NCBI GenBank assembly: GCA_963666205.1
Contig: OY762654.1
Span: forward strand, 224,001-288,000
DNA: 64,000 nucleotides
Origin: Synergistales bacterium
GTDB taxonomy: Bacteria; Synergistota; Synergistia; Synergistales; JAFGMB01
Direction: 5' to 3'
Shown: in pieces, positions 23,052 to 33,087 of the stretch
Position numbering within the stretch: position 1 is the stretch's first letter
Layout: every line of letters begins with the position of its first letter
Program-made: the position numbers and the translations under genes
The notes under the pieces: generated by a model
The model's input: only the letters and a program-made list of their open reading frames with translations
Told to the model about the DNA's origin: nothing
The model's database searches: none

Positions 23052-23870
23052 TCAGAGCTTCAGATAGGAGATAACCTCCTGTGCAGTCTCTTCTATGGCC
23101 TTATCAGTTACATCAAAGACCCTGCATCCGATCTGTCTCATCAGATCCCTTGCATACTGAATTTCTGCTTCCACATGTTCTATCCTTGCATATGATGAAG
23201 TCTCGGGATCAAGGCCTATCATCTGAAGACGTTCCTTTCGAACCTGCTGCAGTTTCTGTGGTTTTATGGTAAGACCTACCACCTTCTCATGATCTATTGA
23301 AAAGAGTTCTTTTGGGGGTTCAAGTTCCGGGACAATAGGTATGTTTGCTGTCATTATACCCTTGTGGGCAAGGTACATCGAAAGAGGGGTCTTGCATGTT
23401 CTGGATACTCCCAGCACTACGATCTCCGCTTCCGGAAGAAGGTGTGTGTTACTTCCATCATCACATGCAATCGAGAATTCAACAGCCTTCACTCTCTTGA
23501 AATAGGCTTCATCCATCTGATGTGCAAGACCCGGTTTTTCTAGAGGGACCATTTCCAGTTTTTCAGAAAACATATCCAGTATTGGTCCAAGAACATCTAT
23601 TATGGTAATTCCCATGACTCTTCCCTTGTTTATAAACCAGGTACGCACATCATGGTCTACAAGAGTACAGGTTATAATTGCATTCAGGTTTTTAGCTTCT
23701 TCAAGAACAGTCCTGCCCCTGGTTTCGTTGTTGATGTATCTGTATCGCGTTATCTTTACAGGTGCATTCGTAAACTGTCTTATTGCTGCTTTGGTAACAC
23801 TTTCGATGGTCTCACCAGTGAAGTCTGAAACTACAAAGACCTCAAGAGAATTGTTTTCATTATATTTCAT
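23052..23870 (-). CDS. PEP synthase / PPDK regulatory kinase-pyrophosphorylase (PSRP/PDRP, DUF299)
   Basis: VSDFTGET, YFKRVKAVEF..DDG, GVSRTCKTPLSMYLA, KAIEETA. Confidence 0.93.
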   Translation of the reverse strand: MKYNENNSLEVFVVSDFTGETIESVTKAAIRQFTNAPVKITRYRYINNETRGRTVLEEAKNLNAIITCTLVDHDVRTWFINKGRVMGITIIDVLGPILDMFSEKLEMVPLEKPGLAHQMDEAYFKRVKAVEFSIACDDGSNTHLLPEAEIVVLGVSRTCKTPLSMYLAHKGIMTANIPIVPELEPPKELFSIDHEKVVGLTIKPQKLQQVRKERLQMIGLDPETSSYARIEHVEAEIQYARDLMRQIGCRVFDVTDKAIEETAQEVISYLKL

Positions 23871-23926
23871 GGAAGATATCCGACCTTTCCATTAGTTGAG
23901 AAGCACCGTACAGGTTAATTATTAAT

Positions 23927-23955
23927 ATCATAACATGGTAAAGTGTCCTTTTCAT
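23927..23955 (-). promoter_or_regulatory. Candidate promoter of the PSRP-ppdK-ppsA operon
   Basis: ATGAAA-17 bp-TATGAT with TG extension, downstream of the glyS terminator. Confidence 0.45.
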
Positions 23956-24000
23956 GCATTTTTTGCACCTTCATTCTTTCAACCGGATTATCAGGCGTAG

Positions 24001-24036
24001 AATAAAGATAAAGGGACTCCCCTTGGGGAGCCCCTT
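24001..24036 (-). terminator. Intrinsic terminator after glyS
   Basis: AAGGGGCTCCCC-AA-GGGGAGTCCCTT hairpin followed by TATCTTTATT. Confidence 0.75.
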
Positions 24037-24059
24037 GGTTGATTTTCCGGAATCGTGCC

Positions 24060-26123
24060 TCAGACCTTAAGGGTTCCGAGATCACCGGCTTTCCTGAATA
24101 GATCGTTGCACTTCCTGAGAAGAGCAAGCCTGTTATTGCGTATTTTTTCATCTTCATCCATTACAAGAACGTTGTCAAAAAAAGCTTTGATAGAAGGAGA
24201 AAGTCTTGAAAGAAGAGATGTAAGTCCTTTCCAGTCTGAACATGAAACAGACTCCTGTACCAGTGGAGTAAGTTCCATAATTCTTTCATAGAGTGTCTTC
24301 TCCTGGTCTTCCCTGAGGAGTTCCACATCTGTGTCAGGTCCCTGATCTGGGACCTTGGAGAGTATGTTCCTCACTCTAACAGCTGCAGTAACGAGATCTA
24401 TAAACCATGATTCATTCTGAACAGCTGCAAAGGTCTCAAGAAGTCTGAATACCTGAAGAGGTCTGTTCCCGATAAGTGATATTCCCATACTGACCATTCC
24501 ATGGGTAAAGTCTTTCTCCTTCAACTGCATGAGAAGCCGCTGTCTTAGAAAAGCAAGGATATCGTTTAGCACAGAGTCAGAAGCGTGTAGTTCTTTACAG
24601 GCCGACTGCATCGCCAGGTCTATATCCAGATCAAGATCCATTCCCCATAATATTTCATTAATGCATCTGGCAGCCCTTCTTAGACCATAGGGATCCTGGG
24701 ATCCCGATCCCTGCAGGTCAGCCTTGAAACAACTGACCATATTATAAATTCTTTCGGAAAGGCCGAGAATTGCACCAGGTACCTGGGTGGGGATGATATC
24801 TCCGGCAGATTTGGGAAGATACTGTTCATACAGGGCAATAGCTACTTCTTCCGGTTCATTCTGCTGTCTCGCATATTCTCTGGCCATAATTCCCTGAAGC
24901 TCTGGAAATTCAAAGACCATGTTTGTAAGCAGATCGGTCTTGGCAAGAATGGCAGCCCTGTCCACGATCTGGGAAAGTTTCTCATAACCCAGATGTTCAC
25001 AGAGTCTCGATGCTATGACTCTCGTGAACATTACCTTATCATAGAGTGTCCCGATCTTTTCCTGATAAACCACGTTCCGGAGTTGGTCAACCTTTGACGA
25101 GAGGGGTTTCTTTCGGTCTTCATTCCAGAAGAAGGAGGCATCAGATAGCCGTGCCCGGAGAACTCTTTCATTGCCTTCCCTGACCACCTGCATATTTGTA
25201 GCTCTGTTATTACTGACACCGACAAAATAGGGAAGAAGTCTACCATTGCTGTCCCTGACCGGGAAATACTTCTGGTGATGGATCATAGTCGTTGTCAGGA
25301 CTTCTTCCGGCATCTGCAGATAAGACTTATCGAAAGCACCAAAGAAAGGTACCGGGTATTCTACAAGAAAAAGGTTTTCCTCAACGAGTCTTGGGGATAT
25401 ATCCGCTTTCCCGTCAAGTTCTTTTTCAATGGTAGAAATACCGCAAAGCATCTTTTCCTTCCTCTTTTCCTGGTCTACGATGACATAATTATCATAAAGC
25501 TTTCCCATATACTCATCGAAACGGGACACTTCAATACATTTTGATCCCATGAATCTGTGACCGCGTGTTATTCTCCCGGATTCGATATCTGCGAAGGTAA
25601 AGGGTATCACTTTATCTTCAAGAAGACAGAGGATCCATCGTATGGGCCGGGCAAAACGAATGGAAGGGTTATTCCAATACATGTTTTTGGGAAAAACAAG
25701 CTTCCCTATAATATCCTTCATGATCCCGGGAAGGAGCTCCTCAGTCCTGCAGCCAGGTTCAGAAACGACTGCATAAGCATACTCAATTCCACCGACTTTT
25801 CTTGTCTGGAGGGATTCAAAATCCACATTTTTACTCCTGGCAAAACCAAGGGCAGCTTTGGTGGGATTGCCGTTCAGGTCAAAAGCCTGCTCCCATTTAG
25901 GCCCTTTATATTCATTGATCACATCTTCCTGATTTTCAGACAGTGCCTTTATCACAAGGACAATACGTCTTGGAGTGCCATAAGAAGCCAGGTCATCAAA
26001 AGCTATGCGTTGATCACTGAGTAATTTACGGGCATGGTTTTTCAGTTCCGCCAGTACATCGGGCATAAAACGTGAGGGGATCTCTTCAGTCCCTATCTCC
26101 AATACAAGATTACCTTTGGTCAT
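24060..26123 (-). CDS. glyS: Glycine-tRNA ligase beta subunit
   Basis: LEIGTEEIP, TPRR, FARPIRW, GNERVLRARL, EFPELQG, SQDPYGLRR, IRNNRL. Confidence 0.97.
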   Translation of the reverse strand: MTKGNLVLEIGTEEIPSRFMPDVLAELKNHARKLLSDQRIAFDDLASYGTPRRIVLVIKALSENQEDVINEYKGPKWEQAFDLNGNPTKAALGFARSKNVDFESLQTRKVGGIEYAYAVVSEPGCRTEELLPGIMKDIIGKLVFPKNMYWNNPSIRFARPIRWILCLLEDKVIPFTFADIESGRITRGHRFMGSKCIEVSRFDEYMGKLYDNYVIVDQEKRKEKMLCGISTIEKELDGKADISPRLVEENLFLVEYPVPFFGAFDKSYLQMPEEVLTTTMIHHQKYFPVRDSNGRLLPYFVGVSNNRATNMQVVREGNERVLRARLSDASFFWNEDRKKPLSSKVDQLRNVVYQEKIGTLYDKVMFTRVIASRLCEHLGYEKLSQIVDRAAILAKTDLLTNMVFEFPELQGIMAREYARQQNEPEEVAIALYEQYLPKSAGDIIPTQVPGAILGLSERIYNMVSCFKADLQGSGSQDPYGLRRAARCINEILWGMDLDLDIDLAMQSACKELHASDSVLNDILAFLRQRLLMQLKEKDFTHGMVSMGISLIGNRPLQVFRLLETFAAVQNESWFIDLVTAAVRVRNILSKVPDQGPDTDVELLREDQEKTLYERIMELTPLVQESVSCSDWKGLTSLLSRLSPSIKAFFDNVLVMDEDEKIRNNRLALLRKCNDLFRKAGDLGTLKV

Positions 26124-26139
26124 TAATTCCACCCCCGTC

Positions 26140-27024
26140 TCACTTGTTCGATCCAAGTTTATTTGTAAGAGGATAATTCATGGTTTTACGCTGTCTTATA
26201 TAAGCTTGTGCTGATTTTCCGGCAAGAGCTCTGATCCTTGAAATGTATCCTGTTCTCTCTGTAACGCTGATCGCATTGCGTGCATCGAGAAGGTTAAAGG
26301 TATGTGAACATTTCAGGACAAAGTCATAACCCGGAAGGACAAGTCCCTTTTCCAGAAGTCTGCCGGCTTCGGCTTCGTACATGGAGAAAAGCTTGAAAAG
26401 CATGGCTGGGTCAGATTCGTCAAAATTATAGATGGAGTGCTCAACCTCTCCCTGGTGATGGACATCTCCATAATTGAGTTTGTCATTCCAGGCAAGGTCA
26501 TAGACATTCTCCACTTTCTGGACATACATGGCAATACGTTCAATACCATAAGTAAGTTCAGCAGGTACCAGCTGCATATCCACTCCACCGACCTGTTGAA
26601 AATACGTGAATTGTGTAATTTCCATTCCATCAAGCCAGACTTCCCAGCCAAGACCCCATGCGCCCACTGTAGGAGATTCCCAGTCATCTTCAACAAATCT
26701 TATGTCGTGTTCGGAGGGATCTATGCCAAGAGCGACAAGACTTGCAATATAAAGATCCTGTATGTCCTCTGGTGCGGGTTGCATGATAACCTGGTACTGA
26801 TAGTAATGCTGGAGTCTGTTGGGGTTCTCCCCATAGCGCCCATCGGTGGGACGTCTTGAGGGTTCAACATAGGCAACTCTCCAGGGTTCGGGACCAAGGA
26901 CTCTGAGAGTCGTTGCGGGGTTCATGGTACCCGCTCCTACTTCAATATCGTAGGGCTGTTGAATCAAGCAATCCTGATCAGCCCAGAAACGTTCCAATCT
27001 AAAGATAATTTCCTGCAGGTTCAA
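26140..27024 (-). CDS. glyQ: Glycine-tRNA ligase alpha subunit
   Basis: [42 protein letters not shown]. Confidence 0.98.
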   Translation of the reverse strand: MNLQEIIFRLERFWADQDCLIQQPYDIEVGAGTMNPATTLRVLGPEPWRVAYVEPSRRPTDGRYGENPNRLQHYYQYQVIMQPAPEDIQDLYIASLVALGIDPSEHDIRFVEDDWESPTVGAWGLGWEVWLDGMEITQFTYFQQVGGVDMQLVPAELTYGIERIAMYVQKVENVYDLAWNDKLNYGDVHHQGEVEHSIYNFDESDPAMLFKLFSMYEAEAGRLLEKGLVLPGYDFVLKCSHTFNLLDARNAISVTERTGYISRIRALAGKSAQAYIRQRKTMNYPLTNKLGSNK

Positions 27025-27089
27025 CCAGTTTTCCTCCAATCATTGTAATAACATAGTACCGATAAGTATTTGTATAACCTTTAACGATC

Positions 27090-27812
27090 TTATTTCATTC
27101 TTTCAAGAGCCTCTAAAAGTCTTCTGGAATTGAGCCTCCAGATTTCAGGTCTGACGCTGGTGAAGCAGGAATGTTCTTTCAGGATCGATTCGTGGGAAAA
27201 CATGGCTGCCATCCCAAGGACCTTAAGGATGTTCTCTTGAACTTCATTTTCAGGTCTACCAGATAAACAGGAAGAACAATAAATTGCCTCTGTAGACCAG
27301 ATACCTCTGGAAAGAAGATTCCCGCAACCGGGGCACGTTGTCAGATCTGGTGCAATTCCCCAAAGATTTAGCCATTTCCAGCAAAATCTCCAGTTTACCA
27401 TTTCAGGGTCAATGTTCTTGACAAGCAGAATAAATGACCAGTAAAGAATGCCAAGAAGTTTATCATCAGGATGAGCTTCTAGCAAATTTCTGGAAAGAAG
27501 TTTAAGCCATTGGAGGCTTATTTTCACCGCCTCATAGTTTTTTTTAAGTAACCATATATCATCTTTTACTTCAACCGATTTAAGATAAAACCGTTTTGTA
27601 CCCTTATATATCTGAAATATACCCCAGGTAAGCGGCTCGGTTGCTCCTCCAAAACGGACCTTGCCCTTCGCTGATCCCGGGGCATTAAGCCATACCGGCC
27701 CTATCTCTTTTAGAAATACATAGATGTTTATGTTACCCTCCGGCTGTATATTCCTTCTGAGAACAACTCCTGACGAAGTATAAAGACCCTGTCTGAAAGA
27801 ATCCATTTGCAC
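27090..27812 (-). CDS. recO: DNA repair protein RecO
   Basis: GVVLRR N-terminus, CPGC..CSSC zinc finger, conserved position between era and glyQ. Confidence 0.8.
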   Translation of the reverse strand: MQMDSFRQGLYTSSGVVLRRNIQPEGNINIYVFLKEIGPVWLNAPGSAKGKVRFGGATEPLTWGIFQIYKGTKRFYLKSVEVKDDIWLLKKNYEAVKISLQWLKLLSRNLLEAHPDDKLLGILYWSFILLVKNIDPEMVNWRFCWKWLNLWGIAPDLTTCPGCGNLLSRGIWSTEAIYCSSCLSGRPENEVQENILKVLGMAAMFSHESILKEHSCFTSVRPEIWRLNSRRLLEALERMK

Positions 27813-28729
27813 TAGTCCTTTGCGAATCCCATACGGCGAAGGTCCTGCTCTGAATGTCTCCATTTGGGTCTGACTTTTATCCACAGATCAAGATAAACCT
27901 TATAGCCTGTAAGTTTTTCGATCTCAATCCTGGAACGTCTGCCTATTTCCTTCAGTCGTTTACCGCCTTCTCCAATAACAATCGCTTTCTGTCCGGGTCG
28001 TTCAACGTAGATATCAGCCCTTATGTACAAATCCTTCCTTTCCGGATATTCATCCGGGCTTTTATAATCCTCTATCATCACCAGAATACTGTGAGGAACT
28101 TCCCTATGGGTCAGGGCAAGGATTTTTTCCCTGATCAGTTCAGATGCAAGAAAACGTTCCGATTTGTCTATAAGTATGTCATCAGGATAAAGTGGATATC
28201 CATAGGGAAGGATGGATGAAACCAGAGATACAAATTGATCAAGGTTATTTCTTTCTCTGGAGGAAAGGGCAATTATTCCGATATAGGAAGTTTCCTGGGA
28301 ATAAAGGCGTGTAACTTCCCTGATGATAGGCTGTGAATTCCGGATCTTGTCAGTTTTCGTTATTACAAGGAGGACTGGAGCCCTGACTCTTTTAAGAGTC
28401 TGTAATATTTTTTTATCTTCCTCACGAATACGTGTATCTGTTGCTTCTACAAGGTAACAGACAAGATCTGTATCCATCATGGAACTGGTTGCAGTATCAA
28501 CGAGAGCCTCTCCGAGTTTATGCTGGGGAATGTGTATACCCGGGGTATCTGTAAAAACTATCTGAAGATCAGGGCCATTGTAAACACAGGATATACTGTT
28601 ACGGGTAGTCTGTGGTTTGTCTGAAACGATGGTAACCTTGGTTTCCATAAGAGCATTTATAAGAGTTGATTTGCCAGCATTTGGCCTGCCAATGAGGGTT
28701 ACTATCCCACTTTTAAACTGGTTTAACAT
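27812..28729 (-). CDS. era: GTPase Era
   Basis: GRPNAGKSTL, KPQTTR, DTPG, TKTD, KH domain IVIGEGG. Confidence 0.96.
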   Translation of the reverse strand: MLNQFKSGIVTLIGRPNAGKSTLINALMETKVTIVSDKPQTTRNSISCVYNGPDLQIVFTDTPGIHIPQHKLGEALVDTATSSMMDTDLVCYLVEATDTRIREEDKKILQTLKRVRAPVLLVITKTDKIRNSQPIIREVTRLYSQETSYIGIIALSSRERNNLDQFVSLVSSILPYGYPLYPDDILIDKSERFLASELIREKILALTHREVPHSILVMIEDYKSPDEYPERKDLYIRADIYVERPGQKAIVIGEGGKRLKEIGRRSRIEIEKLTGYKVYLDLWIKVRPKWRHSEQDLRRMGFAKD

Positions 28730-28746
28730 CCGGGCACAGATCCCTT

Positions 28747-29166
28747 TCACTTATGAAGAGTAAATCTGAAGGGTAAATATTCTTCAAGGATTCTGATCTC
28801 CAGAGATTCACCCTTTTCCAATATAACAGACATTGAGGGATTAAATTCGCAGAGAACCTGTACACATGCCCCACAGGGATAACACGGTTCTCCAGGACGA
28901 CCAACTATGGCTATGGCCATGGGAATATTCCTTCGATCTGATGCTATCATTGAAGTCAGCGCATTTCTTTCTGCACAGATAGTTAGACCATAACTGCTAT
29001 TTTCCACATTGGAACCAGCAAAGATCTCGTTATTACCAGTAATGATTGCAGCTCCAACAGGAAACTCTGAATAAGGGACATAGGCCTGCTGTTGAACCTC
29101 CCTGGCCCTCAGTAGCAGGTTGTGGAAGGTACTTTCGTCAAGTAACCTTTCAATCAGGACGGACAC
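28747..29166 (-). CDS. cdd: Cytidine deaminase
   Basis: AYVPYSEFPVGAA, NVEN, CAERNA, PCGAC. Confidence 0.95.
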   Translation of the reverse strand: MSVLIERLLDESTFHNLLLRAREVQQQAYVPYSEFPVGAAIITGNNEIFAGSNVENSSYGLTICAERNALTSMIASDRRNIPMAIAIVGRPGEPCYPCGACVQVLCEFNPSMSVILEKGESLEIRILEEYLPFRFTLHK

Positions 29167-29187
29167 CTTCTTCCATAGACTATTTCA

Positions 29188-30477
29188 TCAAAGGGGCATA
29201 TCTTCATCGTGTTCAGGTTTCCTGGAAATATTTCTCTGGAGTCTTAACATCTTGATGCGGTGGTCTTCCAATTCCAGAACTTCAATAGTCCATTGACCAT
29301 AGACAGCCTTGAACCCCTCTTCAGGAAATTCTCCAGCAAGGGAAAGAGTGAGTCCCCCAACACTTTCAGCCTCTTCAGATACAAAAGGATAGTGCAGGAT
29401 ATCGCTGAGGTCTTCCAGGCTGACCTGACCTTCGACAAGGTAAGAATCCTTGTTCTCCTTCTTTACTGGGGGGTTTTCTTTGTCAAACTCATCCTGTATC
29501 TCACCTACAATTTCTTCGAGAAGATCTTCAAGAGTAACGATGCCTGCAGTTCCCCCATATTCATCCACAATTATAGCCATGTGAATATGTTTTCCCTTCA
29601 TTGTATTGAAAAGATCTACAATCTTCATTGTTTCTGGTACAAAAAGAGGTTCACGTTTAAGTTTAAGGACCGGTTCATTTGCCTGACCGGTAGATAGATA
29701 GGGTATGGTATCCTTCACATAGAGAATACCTACAATATTGTCCAGTGAACCATCGTATATGGGTACCCGTGAATGACCATGTTCCTGGAACACACCAACT
29801 GCATCGCCTATGGTAACATCGCTCGCTACGGCATCCATATCAGTTCTTGGCACCATGATCTCATATACCCTGCTCTCCTTGAAGGAGATAATACCATGGA
29901 TCATTCTTCTTTCGACTTCTTCAAATACACCCGAGGCCTCTCCTATGTTGACCATCTGCTCGATCTCTTCACGTGTAACAAAGGTATGGGGACTACTCAG
30001 ATCCACATGGAGAAGAGAACCCAGGAATCTCACAAGACCTGTAAGAATAAAAAGTAGGGGCGAAAAGATAAAGCTTATTGTCCTGAGAAATGGTAATGTA
30101 AATATTAAAAGTGATTCCGATCTCACTATAGCTAGACTTTTAGGAAGGATTTCCCCGAATATCACTATCATGAAAGTCATTACCAGCACAGCAATGAAAA
30201 GCCCCTTATCTCCAAAAATAATGAGCGCGACGGATGTTGCGACTGCACTGGCAGCAATGTTAACAAGATTATTGGCTACAAGAGTGACTGTAAGTGCTCT
30301 CTGAACATCCTGCATCAGCCAATCCAGTATTCTTGCAAAGGAAGGGTGCTTTTCCTTCAAGGCCATCAATCTTCCTCGGCTCATGGCAGTAATGGCTGTT
30401 TCAGAACTGCTGAACAGGGCAGAAAGACACAGTAGAGTAAAAAGGATAGACAGGGTTATGACAAGAGAACTATCCAT
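29188..30477 (-). CDS. Hemolysin/CorC-family membrane protein (CNNM-CBS-CBS-CorC)
   Basis: SALFSSSETA, FGEILPK, MVPR, HSRVP, VDEYGGTAGIVTLEDLLEEIVGEI. Confidence 0.93.
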   Translation of the reverse strand: MDSSLVITLSILFTLLCLSALFSSSETAITAMSRGRLMALKEKHPSFARILDWLMQDVQRALTVTLVANNLVNIAASAVATSVALIIFGDKGLFIAVLVMTFMIVIFGEILPKSLAIVRSESLLIFTLPFLRTISFIFSPLLFILTGLVRFLGSLLHVDLSSPHTFVTREEIEQMVNIGEASGVFEEVERRMIHGIISFKESRVYEIMVPRTDMDAVASDVTIGDAVGVFQEHGHSRVPIYDGSLDNIVGILYVKDTIPYLSTGQANEPVLKLKREPLFVPETMKIVDLFNTMKGKHIHMAIIVDEYGGTAGIVTLEDLLEEIVGEIQDEFDKENPPVKKENKDSYLVEGQVSLEDLSDILHYPFVSEEAESVGGLTLSLAGEFPEEGFKAVYGQWTIEVLELEDHRIKMLRLQRNISRKPEHDEDMPL

Positions 30478-31009
30478 TTGAAGATCCCTCTGCAGGAAGC
30501 TCTTTCCGACTCTCCACACATGAAGCTATGTCTTTTGCAAGGGGATCCTGAAGAGCCCACATAAGCTCCTGTCTCTCGGGAATATCATGATCCATTCCAA
30601 GAAGGTGAAGAATTCCATGGGCAAGCATAAGCGCCATTTCCGAGTGATATTCCAGACCCGACTCGGAAGAATTGCTGTACACCACTGGAGGGCAGATAAG
30701 AATATCACCTAAGGGAAGGGAGTCCCAATCCGCAGGAGGTTCAAACTTGCCGTTGGACGATTCCCAAATGGGAAAGGAAAGCACATCTGTGGATTCATCT
30801 ATTTCACGGTATGAACGGTTGTAATCTCTTATTTGATTCTCGGAAAGAAAGTTCACCGATATTTCAATATTTTTATAGTTTCCTGATTCTGTCCAGTTTC
30901 TTTCAAGAAAAGAACCTATGACATTTTCGAGTTTCAAGATAGACCATAACGGCACTCCGCTTTCAGAGTCGCTGTCATCCATACTATCAAGAGATAGGTC
31001 CACCTTCAT
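30470..31009 (-). CDS. ybeY: rRNA maturation endoribonuclease YbeY
   Basis: TDVLSFP, LGDI, HGILHLLGMDH. Confidence 0.95.
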   Translation of the reverse strand: MKVDLSLDSMDDSDSESGVPLWSILKLENVIGSFLERNWTESGNYKNIEISVNFLSENQIRDYNRSYREIDESTDVLSFPIWESSNGKFEPPADWDSLPLGDILICPPVVYSNSSESGLEYHSEMALMLAHGILHLLGMDHDIPERQELMWALQDPLAKDIASCVESRKELPAEGSSNG

Positions 31010-33087
31010 TCATTTCCCTCCTCAGTATTTTTCACTTCTTCATGCAGATTACGTACCCGACGAGTATGATACATAGATTGCAATGTATAAAGCAAGGCTT
31101 CCTTGACTTTTGACAAATCTTTAAGCGTAAAATCTATGTTTTCAAGCTGTCCCTCAAGGATCTTGGTTTCAATAACATTCTGGATGATCTCCTCAATATC
31201 CTGGGGGGTCGATATGTTACGGGTATCAGCTCTCACAGCAGCCTCGATGGAATCAACAAGCATAAGCAATGCAGTTTCCTTTGTTCTAGGCTTTGGACCA
31301 GGGTAACAGAATTGTTCTTTAGGTATATTTTCTCCCTGGTTTCTTGCCTTCCTGTAAAAGTATGACAGACAGGTCTTCCCGTGGTGTTCTAGAATAAAAT
31401 CCCTGATCCGGCTTGGGAGTTTATATTCCCTTGCAAGTTCAACACCTTCACGTACATGGGCTATGATAGAAAGTGCAGATAACGACGGGGCGATCCTGTC
31501 ATGAACATTATCACCCTGATGCTGGTTTTCAACGAAGAAATGAGGCCTTTGCAGTTTCCCTATATCATGATAATAGGCACCAGCCTTTATCAGGTTTGAA
31601 TTCAGGCCAAGGGAATCTGCTGCAGCTTCAGCGAGGTTCCCTACCATCAGAGAATGATGATAGGTGCCAGGTGCCTCAATCTGAAGTTTTTTCAGCAGGG
31701 GATGTGAAGGGTTGCTCAATTCCAGCAGCCTGAGTGGAGAGAGAACATCAAAAAAGTTTTCAAGTACAGGTAACAGCGCTATTGCGATCAAAGCCCCAAG
31801 ACCACTGTAAAACAGATTGAGGATCATTCTCTCAAAGGAAACAGGTAACCCGATAGCCCATTTTATAGATATGCCCAGAATAGAAATAAATACTCCAAGC
31901 AAGAATAAATGTCGCCATAATTGGGACCTGGAATGTATGTTCCTGAAAAGGAAGTACCCCAGGAAACCGGAACCACATCCGGCAAGTCCTATTATTACAA
32001 CATTGCCTGCAGAAAATCCGGCAACAATAAAAGCTCCCAAAAGGCTGCCTCCAAGAACAACCTGAAATGCAAGTTCGATGGGAAGTGTGAGATAGGCCCA
32101 TCCGGCAAGGATTAGCAGACCAGTGCTCTCTCCCCCCAGAAATTGGGATATATACAGAAAGACCCATCCTACTCCGACCAGACTTGTAATATAGAGCCAA
32201 CCCTGTCTGGCATTTCTGTCATAATCGATCTCATACATTCTTTTATTTAGCCATAATACCCATAGGATAACTCCCATAAAGACAAGCAATATCTGCTTAA
32301 AGGGGAATCGGCTTTCGGGATAACCCTGGGCTCTGAGAATAACTGCCAATCCAGGAGTGATAACATCTCCCTTCTGGATTATTACATCACCTGGCATTAG
32401 GACTCGTTCCAGAGGAGAGATCCTGGATCTCAATGTATTCCTGACTTCTTCAGTGATAACTGGATCTATTGAAACTACGGGTTTTATGACCTGTTCCAGG
32501 ATCTGGTAAAGTATGTTCCTGTCGCTCCTCGGTAACTCTGTCTTCTCAACCATATCCCACATAATAGAAGTAAGGGCCTCCTGATCGGCAAGAGCAAACT
32601 GCCCAGACTGTAGAATCTCCTGTCCTACTGAAAAGGCATAATTGCCAAGGATGGACCTTTTTTCTTCAGACAGAGTGGCTATCAGATTCTTCAGGGTAGA
32701 AGAGAGTGTCATCTCTGCAAGACCTGTATCTCGCAACTCTTCCAGTGCCATTCGTGCCTTGTTAAGAACATCTGTTTTTTCTACGACAACACCTTTAACT
32801 ACATCGCCTGCAATCTTTCGAAGATCCTCAGTGGAATCATGATCGGTGTAACGTATCTGGTACAGGGCATAGTAAGTAATGGGTGAAGGCTGATTCACCA
32901 TGTATCCACTTTTACTCTCCCCTATCATCCAGCGTGTAAAAAGCAGGGATATGGAAAAGAGGAGAAGTACAAATAACGGGAAACATGGCAGTTGGGTTCT
33001 GAGCCATAATCCTGTCCTTGAAAAAAATAAGGTTTCTCCACGTTTATTTCGATTACTACGATTTTCTGCGTTCTTCATAGATCTCAT
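31006..33087 (-). CDS. pgpH: 7TM-HD phosphohydrolase, PgpH-type c-di-AMP phosphodiesterase
   Basis: Extracytoplasmic domain, multiple TMs, APGTYHHS, YYHDIGK, FFVENQ, HHG, YPGPKP, LVDSIEAA; between phoH and ybeY. Confidence 0.85.
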   Translation of the reverse strand: MRSMKNAENRSNRNKRGETLFFSRTGLWLRTQLPCFPLFVLLLFSISLLFTRWMIGESKSGYMVNQPSPITYYALYQIRYTDHDSTEDLRKIAGDVVKGVVVEKTDVLNKARMALEELRDTGLAEMTLSSTLKNLIATLSEEKRSILGNYAFSVGQEILQSGQFALADQEALTSIMWDMVEKTELPRSDRNILYQILEQVIKPVVSIDPVITEEVRNTLRSRISPLERVLMPGDVIIQKGDVITPGLAVILRAQGYPESRFPFKQILLVFMGVILWVLWLNKRMYEIDYDRNARQGWLYITSLVGVGWVFLYISQFLGGESTGLLILAGWAYLTLPIELAFQVVLGGSLLGAFIVAGFSAGNVVIIGLAGCGSGFLGYFLFRNIHSRSQLWRHLFLLGVFISILGISIKWAIGLPVSFERMILNLFYSGLGALIAIALLPVLENFFDVLSPLRLLELSNPSHPLLKKLQIEAPGTYHHSLMVGNLAEAAADSLGLNSNLIKAGAYYHDIGKLQRPHFFVENQHQGDNVHDRIAPSLSALSIIAHVREGVELAREYKLPSRIRDFILEHHGKTCLSYFYRKARNQGENIPKEQFCYPGPKPRTKETALLMLVDSIEAAVRADTRNISTPQDIEEIIQNVIETKILEGQLENIDFTLKDLSKVKEALLYTLQSMYHTRRVRNLHEEVKNTEEGNE

